Made by a program: the position numbers and the translations under genes. From assembly GCA_031835245.2 (NCBI GenBank), contig JAVKOQ020000010.1:1-64000 (forward strand): a stretch of DNA of 64,000 nucleotides, written 5' to 3'. The notes beneath the pieces were generated by a model, which saw only the letters and a program-made list of their open reading frames with translations, ran no database searches and was not told the DNA's origin. This document shows, piece after piece, positions 52,066 to 64,000 of the stretch (position 1 is its first letter; each line of letters opens with the position of its first letter). The stretch comes from Balamuthia mandrillaris (Eukaryota).

Positions 52066-53035
52066 CACCAAGGCCACATTGATGGTAAGATACACTTTAT
52101 CTATGAGCAGCGATGATTGTGGTGGTCTCTCTGAGTATGCGCACTTCTTTTCTACCATGAGAGAGGTTTGGCTTGCTCTTGTTGTGGTGGCGGTTGTTTA
52201 TGTTCTTATTGTTCTTCTTTAACATTTTAGGTATTCGGAATTCCTGCTGTAAAGGACGAAATCAGAGAAGAAATTGACGATGTGTTGGCCATAGTGGAGT
52301 CTGGCTATCTTGAAGAAACGAGACGAATGAAACAGAGGTTAGTTTTAAATCCTTGTGCTGGCCATTTTTGAAAGTAATGCCAACAACGACAACAACAAAC
52401 AGAGATAAACGAAATGAGTTGCGGCAGCTCATTGAAAAGAAAGTGGGAGAACGAGCCAAAGAAGCCAAAAGAAAGCGGTTTGAGCTCATCGTTTCTCTTT
52501 CTGGTGCCGTCACCCTGCCTTTGTTGATTGCTAGCGGTCTTTGGGGGTCTGCCTCTTCCCTTTCCCTTGCTTTTTCTTTTCTTTCTTCTCTCCGTATCTT
52601 TCTTAACTAGTTTTGTTTTGTTATTTTAAAAAACAAAATTATAGGATGAACAATACAGATCTGCCGGACTCTCAGTGGCTTGTAGTAGTTGGAGTGGCTC
52701 TCGCCATCTCCATGCTGCTGGTTCTTTTGCTACTGGTGGCCTACTTTTGCATGCAAGCTGAGTCCAGCAGCATCAAAAAGTACTATCCCTCCAACCCCTT
52801 CCCTCGCATTTCCATGTCGAGAGATCGCGCTATGCCCAATCGCAAGGAACGGAAGAAGCGAAAGAAGAGAAAAGGCGGAAAGTCTAAACTTTCCCATCTC
52901 TTCAATCGGAGGAGGAGAAGAGATCTCAGCTTGCAGTTTCAACCTGACTATGAGCCTCAAGCTGGTATGGAGATTATAGACCTCGGCGTTATGGATGAGA
53001 GGGAAAAGTATGATTCGAGCAGCAGCAGCGATTGA
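47484..53035 (+). CDS. CorA/Mrs2/Alr1-like divalent-cation transporter with very long low-complexity N-terminus, multi-exon
   Basis: C-terminal TM1 VTLPLLIASGLWG|MN (GMN motif across an intron) and TM2 [24 protein letters not shown], preceded by a coiled stalk ELREEIDDV-like segment. Internal exons only partly resolved. Confidence 0.7.
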
Positions 53036-53177
53036 AGAGAATGGAGGAGGAACTCAGGAAAAAAAAAAGGCGGAAGTAAGAGAAAGAAGGAAGGAAGCAA
53101 CGAGCAAGAAGAAAGAACCACTTAACAAAGAAAGTACGTTATTATCTACTTGCCTAGTTTTCACACGGGGTTTTTTG

Positions 53178-53480
53178 CTATGTTTCTCGTTCTTCATCAT
53201 CAGCAACGACAGAAGAAGACGAAGCGAAAGAAGAAAGAGGAGAAGGCGGATAAAAAGAAGGAGTTGTGGGCAAGTACAGATCGAGGTAGGCCACTATCTC
53301 TGTAAAAGTAGGACGAAGCGCCTCGTTCTTCTCCCAACAGGAATGAATGAGCTCCAGCCAATGTTCCGGGAGATCTTCTGGTAAAGTTGGCCGCAAATCT
53401 TCGGTTGCGGCTAATGCTTTTTGTTTTTTGTTTTTGTGTTAGAGCGAGAGAGAGCGAGAGAGAGAGAGAGAAAGAAAGAA

Positions 53481-53513
<33 letters not shown>

Positions 53514-55446
53514 AAGAAAGAGAGAGGATAAAGAGTATTACAAGCATAGACTTGTGGAATCATGTTTTGATAAGGATCTGCTCCTGTCATTAGTTCTGTC
53601 CGACAACAAAAAAAGGTGAGTTGTTTTATCTTCTTCACTTTTTTCGCTTCTCTTAGAATGGAAAACTTACCAGCTAAACATATTCCAAAGCTATACACGT
53701 CCGCTTTCTCTGAGTAAGGCTTTCCACAAAATACCTCTTTGGCAGCCCGAAATATCAGAACAGAAAGCAAAAAAAGGGGCAAGAAAGGCAAGAGAAGAGC
53801 ACGCAAAGAGGAGAGAAGATAGGTGAGATAACTTACCAGGAGCCATCCAAGCCAACGCACCAACGGCACAAGTCATCATGCCGCTACCAGCATCGAGGAA
53901 GCGTGCCAGACCCAAGTCTGATATTTTGGCCATGTGCGGGTCCTCATCCAACAATATGTTGCTCGATGATAAGTCCCTATGTTTCAACCACAAAACGAAA
54001 AAGAAACAAGAGAACAGAGAAGCAAAAGAACGTCAGAAAGAGAAGAGAAGAGATGAGAAAAGATAAACAGAGAGAAGCAAAGGAGCAGAGAAGGAAAGAA
54101 AAACCGATGGATGATTTTAGGTTCGTGGTTGTGAAGGTACTTCATGGCGGAGGCAACGCCACGAGCGATGCTTCTTCTCATGGTTTCGGTGAGCGATTCA
54201 AAGGAGTGGTCCAGGTACTGCCGCAACGACCCGCCGGCCATGTACTCCGTCACGATGCAGTGCTCTCCCGTCGCTTCGGAAATGCCCACCCCTATGAACC
54301 GGATGATGTGGTCATGCCTCAACTTTCTTTTATTTCGTTGTTGTTGTCAAAAAAAAAGAGCTTAAGAAGAAGAAAGAAAAAGAAAGAAAAGAAAGAAAAA
54401 CAGAAAGAAACAGAAAAAGAAAAAAAGAAAAGAAAAAAGAAAAAAGAAAAGAAAAGAAAAGAAAAAAAAGAAGAAAAGAAAAGAAAAAAAAGAAAAAAAG
54501 AAAAGAAAAAAAGAAAAAAAGAAAAAAAAGAAAAAAAAGAAAAGAAAAAAGAAAAAAAGAAAAAAAGAAACAGAAAAAAGAAAAAAAGAAAAGAAAAAAG
54601 AAAAAAGAAAAAAAAGAAAAGAAAAAAAGAAAAAAAGAAAAAGTGGAGAAAAGCAAAATGAAAAGAAGAGAGCGAGAGAGAGGACACATACGCAAGTATC
54701 TCAAACTCCTTTTTGAACAGCTGTATCTCGTTCTCGTTACGAAACGTCTGCCTGGTGATCTTCTTGATGGCCACCGTGGAATGCTGTTGCTCCGCGTTGC
54801 CCCCGTTGTGGTTGTTGTGGTAAAGTCTTCCCTTGTAGACGATGCCAAAGAAGCCCGCGCCGAGCTCCTCCTCAAAGGCCAGGTCGTCGTAGGAGAGCAC
54901 GTACTTGGGCTTCAGGCTCAGTTTCAGCTTTTGAAGCTCCTCCAAGAGCACTTCACCACGAGAAGAAGAGGAAGAGGAGTCGGTTCGTTTGCGTTTGGAA
55001 GAGGAAGAAGAAGAAGAAGAAGAGAGGAAAAGTTTTGTGGTTGAAGAAGAAGAAGGAGGAAGAGGTTCATCGAGAAGGTAGACGCCAGGAGCTATGGTGG
55101 AATAAGGAGAAGAAGAAGAGGAAAAATAAGCATAGTTTGGTGGTTCTTGTAGTGGCCCTATTTTCTGTCTTTGGAGTTCACAGGAAGAAGAAGAACAAGA
55201 AGAAGAACAACAAGAAGAAGAAGAACAAGAAGAAAGGAGGGAGGAATGATTCCGCGGTTTCTTGTGCTGTGGGGAAGAGGAGGAAGGAGAGGAGGAGGAA
55301 GCGGAAAGCTCGTTCGGCGGTAGTCCTGGAGGAGAAGTAGCAAGAAGAGAAGGAGAAGCAGAAGGCTCACCACCGCCAGCAGAACGAGAAGCGGCCGTCA
55401 CCACCATGGCAGCAGCCGATGGTGTGGCTGCTTCGCCCAACATCAT
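53178..55446 (-). CDS. TKL-family protein kinase, multi-exon
   Basis: LGAGFFGIVYKG, VAIKK, IIHR|DLSSSNILL, ISDLGLAR, GALAWMAP, KADVYSFG and LRPTF. Ser-rich N-terminus. Confidence 0.92.
54350..54665. repeat. Long A/G low-complexity tract (intronic polypyrimidine run on the minus strand)
   Basis: About 300 bp of (AAAAG)-like sequence inside an intron of the kinase gene. Confidence 0.9.
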
Positions 55447-55706
55447 AGTAGGACTTCTCTCTTTTCTGGTTTGTTTTTTTGTTTTTTGATCTATTGGCCT
55501 GATCCACCAATAGAAAATCATAGGATCATCACCCCAAAAACATTATCGATAAAGAAAGAAAATTATCCTCATTATTGTCGACAATCGCAAGGAGTCGGGA
55601 AAAGTTGATAATTTGTCTACAAAAATTAATACATGGTAATATTTTCAATTTATTTTCGGGATTATTTGTTGCAAAGAAAAAAAAAAACAAAAAAGCAGAG
55701 AAGGAC

Positions 55707-58700
55707 ATGGACGACATTAGCGCTCTCCTCGGAGAGCTGCAGGACCTTAACATGGCGCATGACCCTATCGCCACTGGCGGTGGCGCCTCTGCTTCTTCTG
55801 CCACCTCCTCTGCCGCCACCTCACTTTTCTCCAGCACCGCCTATCCAACGGTCTCGGCTTCTGCTGCTGCCTCTGCTGCTACTTCTTCTTCAGCGCCGCA
55901 GCCAGCGCCGGCGCAAGAGACGGCGGATGACCTCCTCGCCGACCTCCACCAAGCCCTCTCCACAGCCCCCAAGACCTCCAAACAGGGTGGAGGAATGGCT
56001 CACACCATTTCCGGCCCTCACCATCACCACCGCCATGCCGCTGCCGCTACCTCTTCTTCTTCGTCCGATAACAACAGAGGTCTTTCCAAGTTGCAACAAA
56101 GATGGCCTTCTTCCTCCTCTGCTGCCGCTGCTGCTACTTCTTCCGCTGCCGCCGCTGAGCAAGGCCCAAGAAAAGCGGCGAGCGTTGCTGTTCGCGGTCA
56201 TGCCGATCGACCTCCGCTACGCGCGCAACAGCAGCCACAGCCATCGCTCCACGCCGCCGGGGCAAGGAAAGAGGACGCAGCGGTGGACAGCTTGAACGAC
56301 TTTCTCTCCGACATGATCGCTCAAGGAAATCGTCAGTTGGTGGGCGAAGCGGGAGAAGAAGAGGAGGAAAGAAGAGGAGGAGGAGCTGAGGAGGAAGCCG
56401 CGCTGATGAACCTTCGCAAAGAGTCCAAGGCCATCGAGGACTCCGTCTCGGCGTTGGAGGAGCTGCTCCACGTGGAGACGGCCAAGCAAGTGCAGAGCGT
56501 GGCCGTCGCCGTTGGTCCTCACGGAGAGAGAGCGGACGTTCCCGTCTCGTGGCAGCATCAACACCAGCAGCAGCATCAACACCAACAGCAGCAGCGCCTC
56601 TTGGTGCATCAACAGCAGATGAAGATTGCTGCTTCGATCGGAAGAACGGCCTTCACTGCGGAGGACCTTCAAATGGAGGAGGAAGGAGAGCATGGGTTTG
56701 GGGAAGGAGGAGGTATTTGGCAAAAGAAAGAGTTGGTGGCGAGAGTGTTGGATCCGGGGAAGGAGCAATGGTGCCTTACGATGTGTCTGTTGGATGAGTC
56801 CACGAAGAAAGTGATGGTCAACCCCGACTTTACTGTTCAGGTACGCCTGTTTTTCGTGTTTCATCTCTTTTCTCCTGCTCGTTTCTCCTTCGCTCGGTAA
56901 TCAAGAGAGAGCGAGAACAAGAGGAGGGACAGAGAGAGAGAGCGAGAGAGAGATCAACTGCAACAATCTCTGAAAGTATTTGCTATTAATGTATAGGACG
57001 TGTTGATTCTCTATGCTTCCAAGTTAGACATATGGCAAGCCGACTTCTTTGCCTTAGCAGAGAAAAAGACCGTTAATAAAAGTACGCATCTGCCTTCTCC
57101 CTTCTTTATCTTTTTTTTCAGAGATATTAGACTAATATCTCTGAAAAAAAAAAAAACAGTGGACATAGAACGTTGGTTGTATCCAGACTTGACGTTGGTG
57201 GAAGCAGGCGTTACCAACGGCAGCACTCTCATCATGAAGGTCCGTTACTACAAGACGCCAAAGCATTTGGTGGATCCCGGCGCCCTTCGTTTGTTCTACC
57301 TTCAGATCCAGATCAACGTGGTAAAAGGCCTGTATCCCTGTGCTGAAACCTTTGCCGTTCGCCTTGCTGCGTTACAGGTTCTTTCTCCTTTAGTTTTGTT
57401 CTTTTATTGTTTTGTTTCTAAATTTTTTTTTGTTCCTAAACTTCAATATTTCGTAGATGCAAATCCGGAGCGGAGATCACGAACCACAAAACCACAGGGT
57501 AGGATGGTTGGGAGAAGAACACATCTGGAAGTTCTTGCCACCAAAGCTGATTGCGAACCACCCCATTCCATACTTGGAGGAACGCATCTTCCGTCTTCAC
57601 GCCAAACTTTACGTAAAACTTTACTTCTTCCTTCTCTGTTTTTCTTGTTCTTTTTCTGTTTTTATTTGTTTACCTCCAACAACACAAAAAACTATAGGGA
57701 ACGGACAGAGAAACAGCAATGAGAGAATACATAAGAGTAGCTCGTATCATTCCCACATTCGGCGTGCATTTGTATAACGTGTTAGAGGGAAACCTGCGAT
57801 TCGTTCAAGAGCAAGGCACACCTTATACCTTGGGTATCGCAGAAGATGGCATTCTTATCTCTAGAAAAGATGATCCAGTAGGAAAACCTTCTCCTCCTTC
57901 CTCTGCGTTATTTTCTTTGCTAATTCTTTTTTTCTCTTCTCCTTCTTGTTTCTCCTATTCTTTCTATATTATTAGACTCGTTATCACTACTATGCGTTTG
58001 GAGATATCCAGCAATGGAGCATCGTTGGTCCTCGTACTTTCACTATAGATGTTTCCGGTCGACATGTAATATTCATCTTTTTCGGTTTTCTTTTTTTTTT
58101 TGCTTCTTCCTGACAGAAATTGTGACAACAACAAATAGACGTTGTACATTAACGCTGAACAAGAGCACATAAAGGACATGGTGGAGACGTTATCTGGCTA
58201 TTACTCGTTGTTAGTAGAGGCCGGCTGCCCAGGAGTACCAACTGATATCGACTATCCGGGTCCTCCTCCAAACCTTCCTCCAGCTGACGTTTATCGAGTG
58301 CCCAAAAAAAGAATCGACATCAACCAAATGTATCTTAAAACTCGTCTCGACGTATTCAAGGATGCTTATCTACAAAGGTCTGCTTGCGTTCATGTGTGTT
58401 TATGTTTATGTTTTGATTTTTGGTATCGCTTTTTCTCTGACGTCTTTATTGTATATGTGTTTGTGTTTGTGTTTGCGTTTGTTTATATGTTTTATTCACT
58501 TTTTTGGCCTTTATTTACACGACGCATTACTTTATTACGGTCTCACTTTTCCCACACAAATACAGTTGCTTTGAGTTGCAGTTGCAGCCGAGCAAAAAGA
58601 TAATGCTTCAACTCGATGAACACTTGGACGAAGACCTTGTTTTGACTTATCTTAACATGCGCCATTGCAAGATTGGAAGTAAAGAGCTAAAGGGCTTGCT

Positions 58701-60699
58701 TGAAGGTGTTCTATCTTACTTTTTTCTTTGTTATGTTATTTCTAACGCACAAAACGCACATAAAAGCTTTGGAAAGATGCTGGGATTACGTGCCGCCTTC
58801 AAGCGCAGTGAGCACTATCGCTGAAAACTTCGGTCTCACTGACATAGAGCTCTCCTACAACCGTATCAACTCGCGTTGCGCGAAGGAACTTGGCGAGCTT
58901 CTCAACGGTCGCGTTCCTATTAAAGTGCTTCGCATGAATCACAACCGATTGGGTGTTACCGGAGCGAAAGATCTTGTTTCTTTTCTTGAACAGAACAGAT
59001 CCCTTTGTGAGTTCCATCTCAAAGATAACGAACTTTCAGACAAAGGTATTTCTTTTTCTTGTTGTCCTTCTTTATTCTTCCATTCCTTTTTTCTTCCCAT
59101 GTTAACAATTGTTGTTTCAATAGGTTTTGTGTATATTGTAAAATCATTAAAGTACAACGAGAACCTCCGTCTGTTCAACTTTACATCGAACGGACTTACG
59201 GATGAGATAAGCCAACTTTTGGGCAACATGTTGCAAAAGAATCGCAGCATCACTTCTTTGTACCTCGGAGATTGCACTTTCTCGGACAACTCTATTCAAA
59301 AACTCATTTTGCCTGGGCTTGCATCCAACAAAAGGTTTCCTCTCTTTCATTTTTTTTTTTTTTGGCGTTTCTTTATTTTATCTTTTGTTTCTCGTTCTCC
59401 CCTCTTTCTCTGTCTGAATTCTTCATTTTTTTTTAACGGGCTCTCTTCTTACAGTATTTCTGTATTGGACCTGCGTAACTCTCATCTGTCCACAAAGTCA
59501 TGTGCAGCGCTTATTGAGTGGGCTGTTGCCAACCGTCACGTCAGCACGTTTGTTCTTCTTCTTCTTCTTCCATGTTCTGTTTCTTCGTCTTCTTTTCTTC
59601 TTTTCTTTCTTTACCTCTCTTGCTCATCTTAATTTTTTCGCTTGTTCGAAAGTTTGAACCTATCAGGTAATAGTGTAGGACCAAAAGCAGCAGCAGCCTT
59701 AGCCACTGCCTTGGGTGCAGAACACAAGATGAGCAAATTATGTCTTCGAGACTGCAAACTGGGCACCAAAGGAACCAAAGCTGTAAACTTAGCCTCTAGT
59801 CTCTTCTTCTTTTCCAATTTTCTTCTTCTAACGGCTTTGTGAACTTTCATGCCAAACAGTTAGCAGAAGCATTAAAGACCAACAACTTGCTTCAGCACTT
59901 AGACCTTTCTTTGAATGAATTCGACAAAAAAGGCGGTGCTGCATTGGCAGAAGCACTCTCTCGTCATCCCGCGCTCCTCCACATTAAGCTTCGCAAGTGC
60001 GCTCTGCCGAAGAGCACGTTCTCCGCTCTCGGTGGGGCTCTCGCCAAAAACAAGGCTATCCGCCATCTTGACGTTGCGATGAACTCAATTAACGTATGAT
60101 CATTACGCTTCTCTCTTCTTTTATCTTCGCTCTTTTATATTTCTGCGTTAAACAAATCTTTAAAAAAAAAACAGGCTGAAGGTATGGCAGGTTTTGCAGA
60201 AGGTCTCGCCGCCAACCGCTCTCTCCGCCGTTTAGATCTCCAACAATGCTTTGCCTCCTCCGACTGCTCCAGACCTTTCTTCTCCGCTCTTGCTTCGCCC
60301 TCTTCTTCCTCAACAACCTCTTCAAGCCCTTACAGAGAAGAAGAAAGATGTCCATTGGAGAAGATACATCTCGGCGGATGCAAGCTTGGCAAAGGAGGGT
60401 GGAAGGGACTTGCTCAGTTCGTTACTCTCAGCTGCACTTTACGCAAAGTCTACTGCCCCAACACGGGGTGCGACCTGCGGGCGTTGGATGAATTCTTGGA
60501 GGAAGTGGGAGAGAAGCCGGTCGTGCTTCGCAAGCTGGACTTGTCTCGCAACCCGCAGCTGCCTACCAAACGCTTTCCGGAGGAGAAGGTGGCACGGTGC
60601 AAGTTTGAGGTGGTTTGGAAGGACATTCTCCCCTCATCCGTTTCTTCTTCTGGCCAATTGGATGGAGGAACTGTGAAGAAGAAGAAGAAGAACAAATAA
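55707..60699 (+). CDS. FERM-domain + RNI-like leucine-rich-repeat protein (FrmC-like architecture), multi-exon
   Basis: FERM: LIMKVRYY..LRLFYLQIQINVVKGLYPC..AVRLAALQ..EYIRVARIIPTFGVHLY..LGIAEDGI. LRRs: LSYNRI, LRMNHNRLG, LKDNELSDKG, LNLSGNSVG, LDLSLNEF. Polybasic C-terminus. Confidence 0.88.
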
Positions 60700-60807
60700 G
60701 TGCCAAGCAGCATTTTTTTTTCGAAACATTTTGTTTATTTTTTTTTTTTTAAACAGAACCAAAAACTTTTAAAAGATATAATAGAAAAAGAGGTGCAAAA
60801 AAAGAAA

Positions 60808-60894
60808 TCCGGCAACCCGGACTCGAACCAGGAACCAACGGAAAGCTATTGTAACAACTACAGTCCGCTGCGCTACCAATTGCGCCATTGCCGG
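60808..60894 (-). tRNA. tRNA-Tyr(GTA) with ~14-nt intron
   Basis: Minus strand CCGGCAA-TGGCGCAATTGGTAGCGC-AGCGGA-CTGTAG-[intron]-TTCCGT-TGGTT-CCTGGTTCGAGTCCGGG-TTGCCGG-A. Perfect 7-bp acceptor stem starting C1:G72; T-run terminator follows. Confidence 0.95.
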
Positions 60895-61216
60895 ATGTTG
60901 AAGTAAGGAAACAATGGCAAAAAATGGTGGTCACCTGCTTTGCTGATTCCCATCCATCGATAGGCTGGATTTGTTTTTTGGCCAGCGTGTTGGACACCAA
61001 AAGGCCCTGCTAAGAGGCACGCGCTATCCGCATTTCACGCTTCACGATGCGACCATCGTTTGCCTGGAACGGAAACAAACCGGGGCACTACTGGGGTTGA
61101 TGTTGCTGCTGTGGCTGGAGTGGAGACCAAATGCAACATTATGTGGCATCGACTGGCGTATACACGCGTGCTGCACTTGTTTTTTTATTTTTGGTTGTTC
61201 TTTTTTATATAAAACG

Positions 61217-62191
61217 TCACCGTCTTCGCAGGATAACGACCTTGAAGGACCGCATAAGCAGCTGCTTGAAGACCTTGTACGCAGCACGTTTGATGGCTGA
61301 GCGTGGCACCTTCTTTGAGAGAGATGTCCCCAACGAGTCTTTCATGCGCAACTGCCCAAGGAATCCTCTCATACCTTCTTTCTTGTACGCTTCCTTTCCG
61401 GCCTTTGGATGTTGTGCTTTTTTGTTAGTGACGGCTGAGGAGCGTGTACAGAGGCGAGATGAGCATTACCAAGGCATTTACACGTAGCACTTCCAACGGA
61501 GTTGTGATACAGACCGTAAAGACAGCACTGACCATCCCCGCCACTTTCATTGTTTTGTTATGAATAAATAATTGAGAAGAGCAAAGACGAACTGCTGAGA
61601 AAACTAAAAGAGAATTACAAGAGCACGACAACAAATAAACACAAGAACGAACCGGCAACCCATCCGGTGGGCAAGTTAGCGTTGGCAACGCCTTTGTGCT
61701 CGGCGATTTTGCTCTGAATGTACTCTCCAGACGCATAATAGACCGCCAGATAGGGTGCGCCCTGCATTACAGTGTTCCAATATCCCTAGTTTGTTGGGAA
61801 AGGCCTATTTTAGCCACAAACCTGGAATAGAGACAAGAGAGAGAGAGAAGAGGAGAGAACCAAAGAGAGAGGAAGAGAGTGAAACCTAACTTGATAGAAG
61901 CCTTTCCACCCATGATTCATTTTGATGGAGGAACAAACGGAGGAAAGACGAGCGTAGAGAGCTCGCATTGAAGAAGGTGAGGAAGATGAGGGAGATGACG
62001 CGGTTGCTGAGAAACCAAGGGAAGGAGAGGAAGAAGATGTGTAAAGAATGACGGTTTGTTCTGCAGGTGGAGCTTTGACCAGCGAAGCGACAGCAGCAGC
62101 CATTTCCTCCGCATATCTTTTCTCGTATGACTTTCTTATTACTATCTGCATTCCATTCCATACAAATAACAACAAAAACATGAGAGAGGGG

Positions 62192-62236
<45 letters not shown>

Positions 62237-62885
62237 GAACAAGGAGATATACTAACGACAGGGTTCCATAATAGAGACTCAGCAGTATGTGCGGCAAAAC
62301 CGGCCACGAAGCAAACGGTGAGAGGGCTGTAGTGGTAGAGTTGTGTTTGAGTGAGCCACAACCGAAAGAGTTCGTAGTTTGCCATTATCAACCCGGAAAT
62401 GGGCGCTGTGGTCACCGCCACTATCACGTTTTATTTCAAAAAAGTGGAGGACCAGAAGGATGAGAAAGGGTGAAGGAGAAAACGACAAGAATGATAGAAA
62501 GAACTGAAGAAGAAAGGAACCTTCTTTGAGCCCTTTGAAGGCTGGTAGTAGTTGAAGTTGACGAGACCCAAGTCGTAGCATCCGGTTGTTTTTGTCATAC
62601 AAAGGAGCTCCCTCGACCTACACCCTCGCGAAGAAGCGGAGCCACAAAGCGAAAACGAAGAAAACAAATGCATCAACAACAAAGCGGCATTCCTAAACAA
62701 ACTCAAAAGAGAAAGCTCCCCCACTCCTGACATACCGGCACCTTTCGCAACAACAGATGGCTCGATTCAAGCGGGAACAGCAACAATTCGCTGATGAACC
62801 CCGCTGCAGCGCCAGCGGTCATACGCGTCGGATACCAGCTCCACCAGGGATACTCCTCCGGCTTCGTCGTCGTCGTCGTTGTCAT
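61217..62885 (-). CDS. Divergent mitochondrial carrier (SLC25) family protein, multi-exon; start uncertain
   Basis: AGAAAGFISELLLFPLE, VAGFAAHTAESLLWNPV, GWKGFYQ, AGMVSAVFTVCITTPLEVLRV and KEGMRGF: three carrier repeats. Confidence 0.8.
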
Positions 62886-63103
62886 TGTTGTCTGTATCTT
62901 CTTCTTGCTGGAGAGCACCAAGCCACAAAGTGACCACTATTGTTGATCATAGTGTACCTAATTTGGTTAATAATGGAAATTTTCATTTAGATTTCATGCA
63001 GATTTCAGGAGAGGTCAGGCTCCTCAAGCAAATACTCATTTTTGTCGATAATTGTCGACAGTAAAACACCGAGAAGAAAAAAAATCCAAAAAAGAAAGGA
63101 AAG

Positions 63104-63824
63104 ATGAACTCCAAAGCTGTTTCGTTTGCTTCCCGACAAACGCGGACTGTTCAGCTTAGCAGACACTTGGAATCCACGAACCACTTGGTACTCATTCCGC
63201 TTCTCTTATCTAACTACTCCTACAATTTCAAAAAAACAAACGGGGGGACAACATCGGTGAGTGCTTAATCCTCGCATCGCAAAATCAGGTAGTGGGACTT
63301 GGAAACTTTCGATGGCCTCGCTCCAGAGAGAGCGTGGGGTTGGTGGCTCTGGACCGCTTCGTAAACCGAGTGCCTGGCCTGGAATGGGAATACATCCCCG
63401 ACCTCAACAGCGATGCTCTCCCCTCGGCCAAAGGCCTGACGCTGCTCCGCCCTCGCACCTACTTGCAGGAGCACATGGGGGTCACCGTCAAGGCCGCCGC
63501 GGATGCGTTGGGACTCAGCGCGGAGGACATCACCCTCGTCCACTATGACCTGAGCATCCCGGTGGGACAGGCTTACATCCAACGAGCACCTCTGCAGTAT
63601 GTTTATTTTTTTCCTTGAGTTTTTCTGTTTGCTGTTGTTGCTGCTGTTGCTGCTGCTGTTGTTGTTGTGTTTTAGGTTGGTTCGTTCAACATCACTTGAG
63701 ATTTACCTTGTGCATGAAAAACAGATCAAACAACATAGCTGTGGAGTCCGTTTTTTCCCACTTTGGAGTCCAAGTACTTGTTTTCCTTCTTCTTTTCCTT
63801 CTTTCTCTGTTTTCGTTCTCTCCT

Positions 63825-63863
<39 letters not shown>

Positions 63864-64000
63864 CTCTCCGTCTCTCTCCGTCTCTCTCCTTCTCTCTCTC
63901 TCTCTCTGACTTCTCTTTCTCTCTTTGCTAAACAACAAAAAAAATTACAGGAAATGAACAGAGCAGCAATAGGCGTGCAGCTGCAGCATCGCCACAAGTT
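63104..64000 (+). CDS. Peptidyl-tRNA hydrolase (Pth1)-like protein, active-site residues substituted; runs off the window
   Basis: Exon 63104-63187, then from 63289 VVGLGNFRWPRSRESVG..LLRPRTYL..ITLVHYDLSIPVG, collinear with Pth VGLGNPG..TRHNVG..KPxTYMN..VHDELDLPxG. Confidence 0.8.

Noticed and set aside
53903..54875. Lys-rich and Phe-rich long ORFs
   Set aside because: Translations of an intronic A/G low-complexity tract.
38926..63910. Numerous (GA)n/(CT)n tracts as a special repeat system
   Set aside because: They are ordinary microsatellites, mostly forming the pyrimidine-rich strand of introns.

Overview
Eukaryotic (amoebozoan) genomic DNA, most likely Balamuthia mandrillaris: the 18S rRNA has Acanthamoebida-type motifs and matches, as I recall them, the Balamuthia diagnostic 18S primer sites at 6230-6254 and 6381-6401. 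The window has two compartments. (1) About 1-33.3 kb is a CpG-poor transposon graveyard holding one complete 18S-5.8S-28S rDNA unit. It also contains a full-length but inactivated chromodomain Ty3/Gypsy element, a related gag-only LTR element, many nested solo LTRs with 4-bp TSDs, a Kolobok-type DNA transposon whose transposase carries an F-box-like insert, a pogo-type transposon and a Tc1/IS630 relic. (2) About 33.5-64 kb is gene-dense, CpG-rich and intron-rich. In order it holds BCKDH E2, an ankyrin/pseudo-arginine-deiminase/amidinotransferase fusion, BCKDH E1-beta, a 3R-Myb with a dense Myb-site promoter, an SH2-kinase with 8-nt and 4-nt microexons, a CorA-like protein, a TKL kinase, an LD-motif/FERM/LRR protein, tRNA-Tyr, a mitochondrial carrier and a degenerate peptidyl-tRNA hydrolase. 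All calls come from reading the sequence by eye. No searches were run, and exon boundaries of multi-exon genes are manual.
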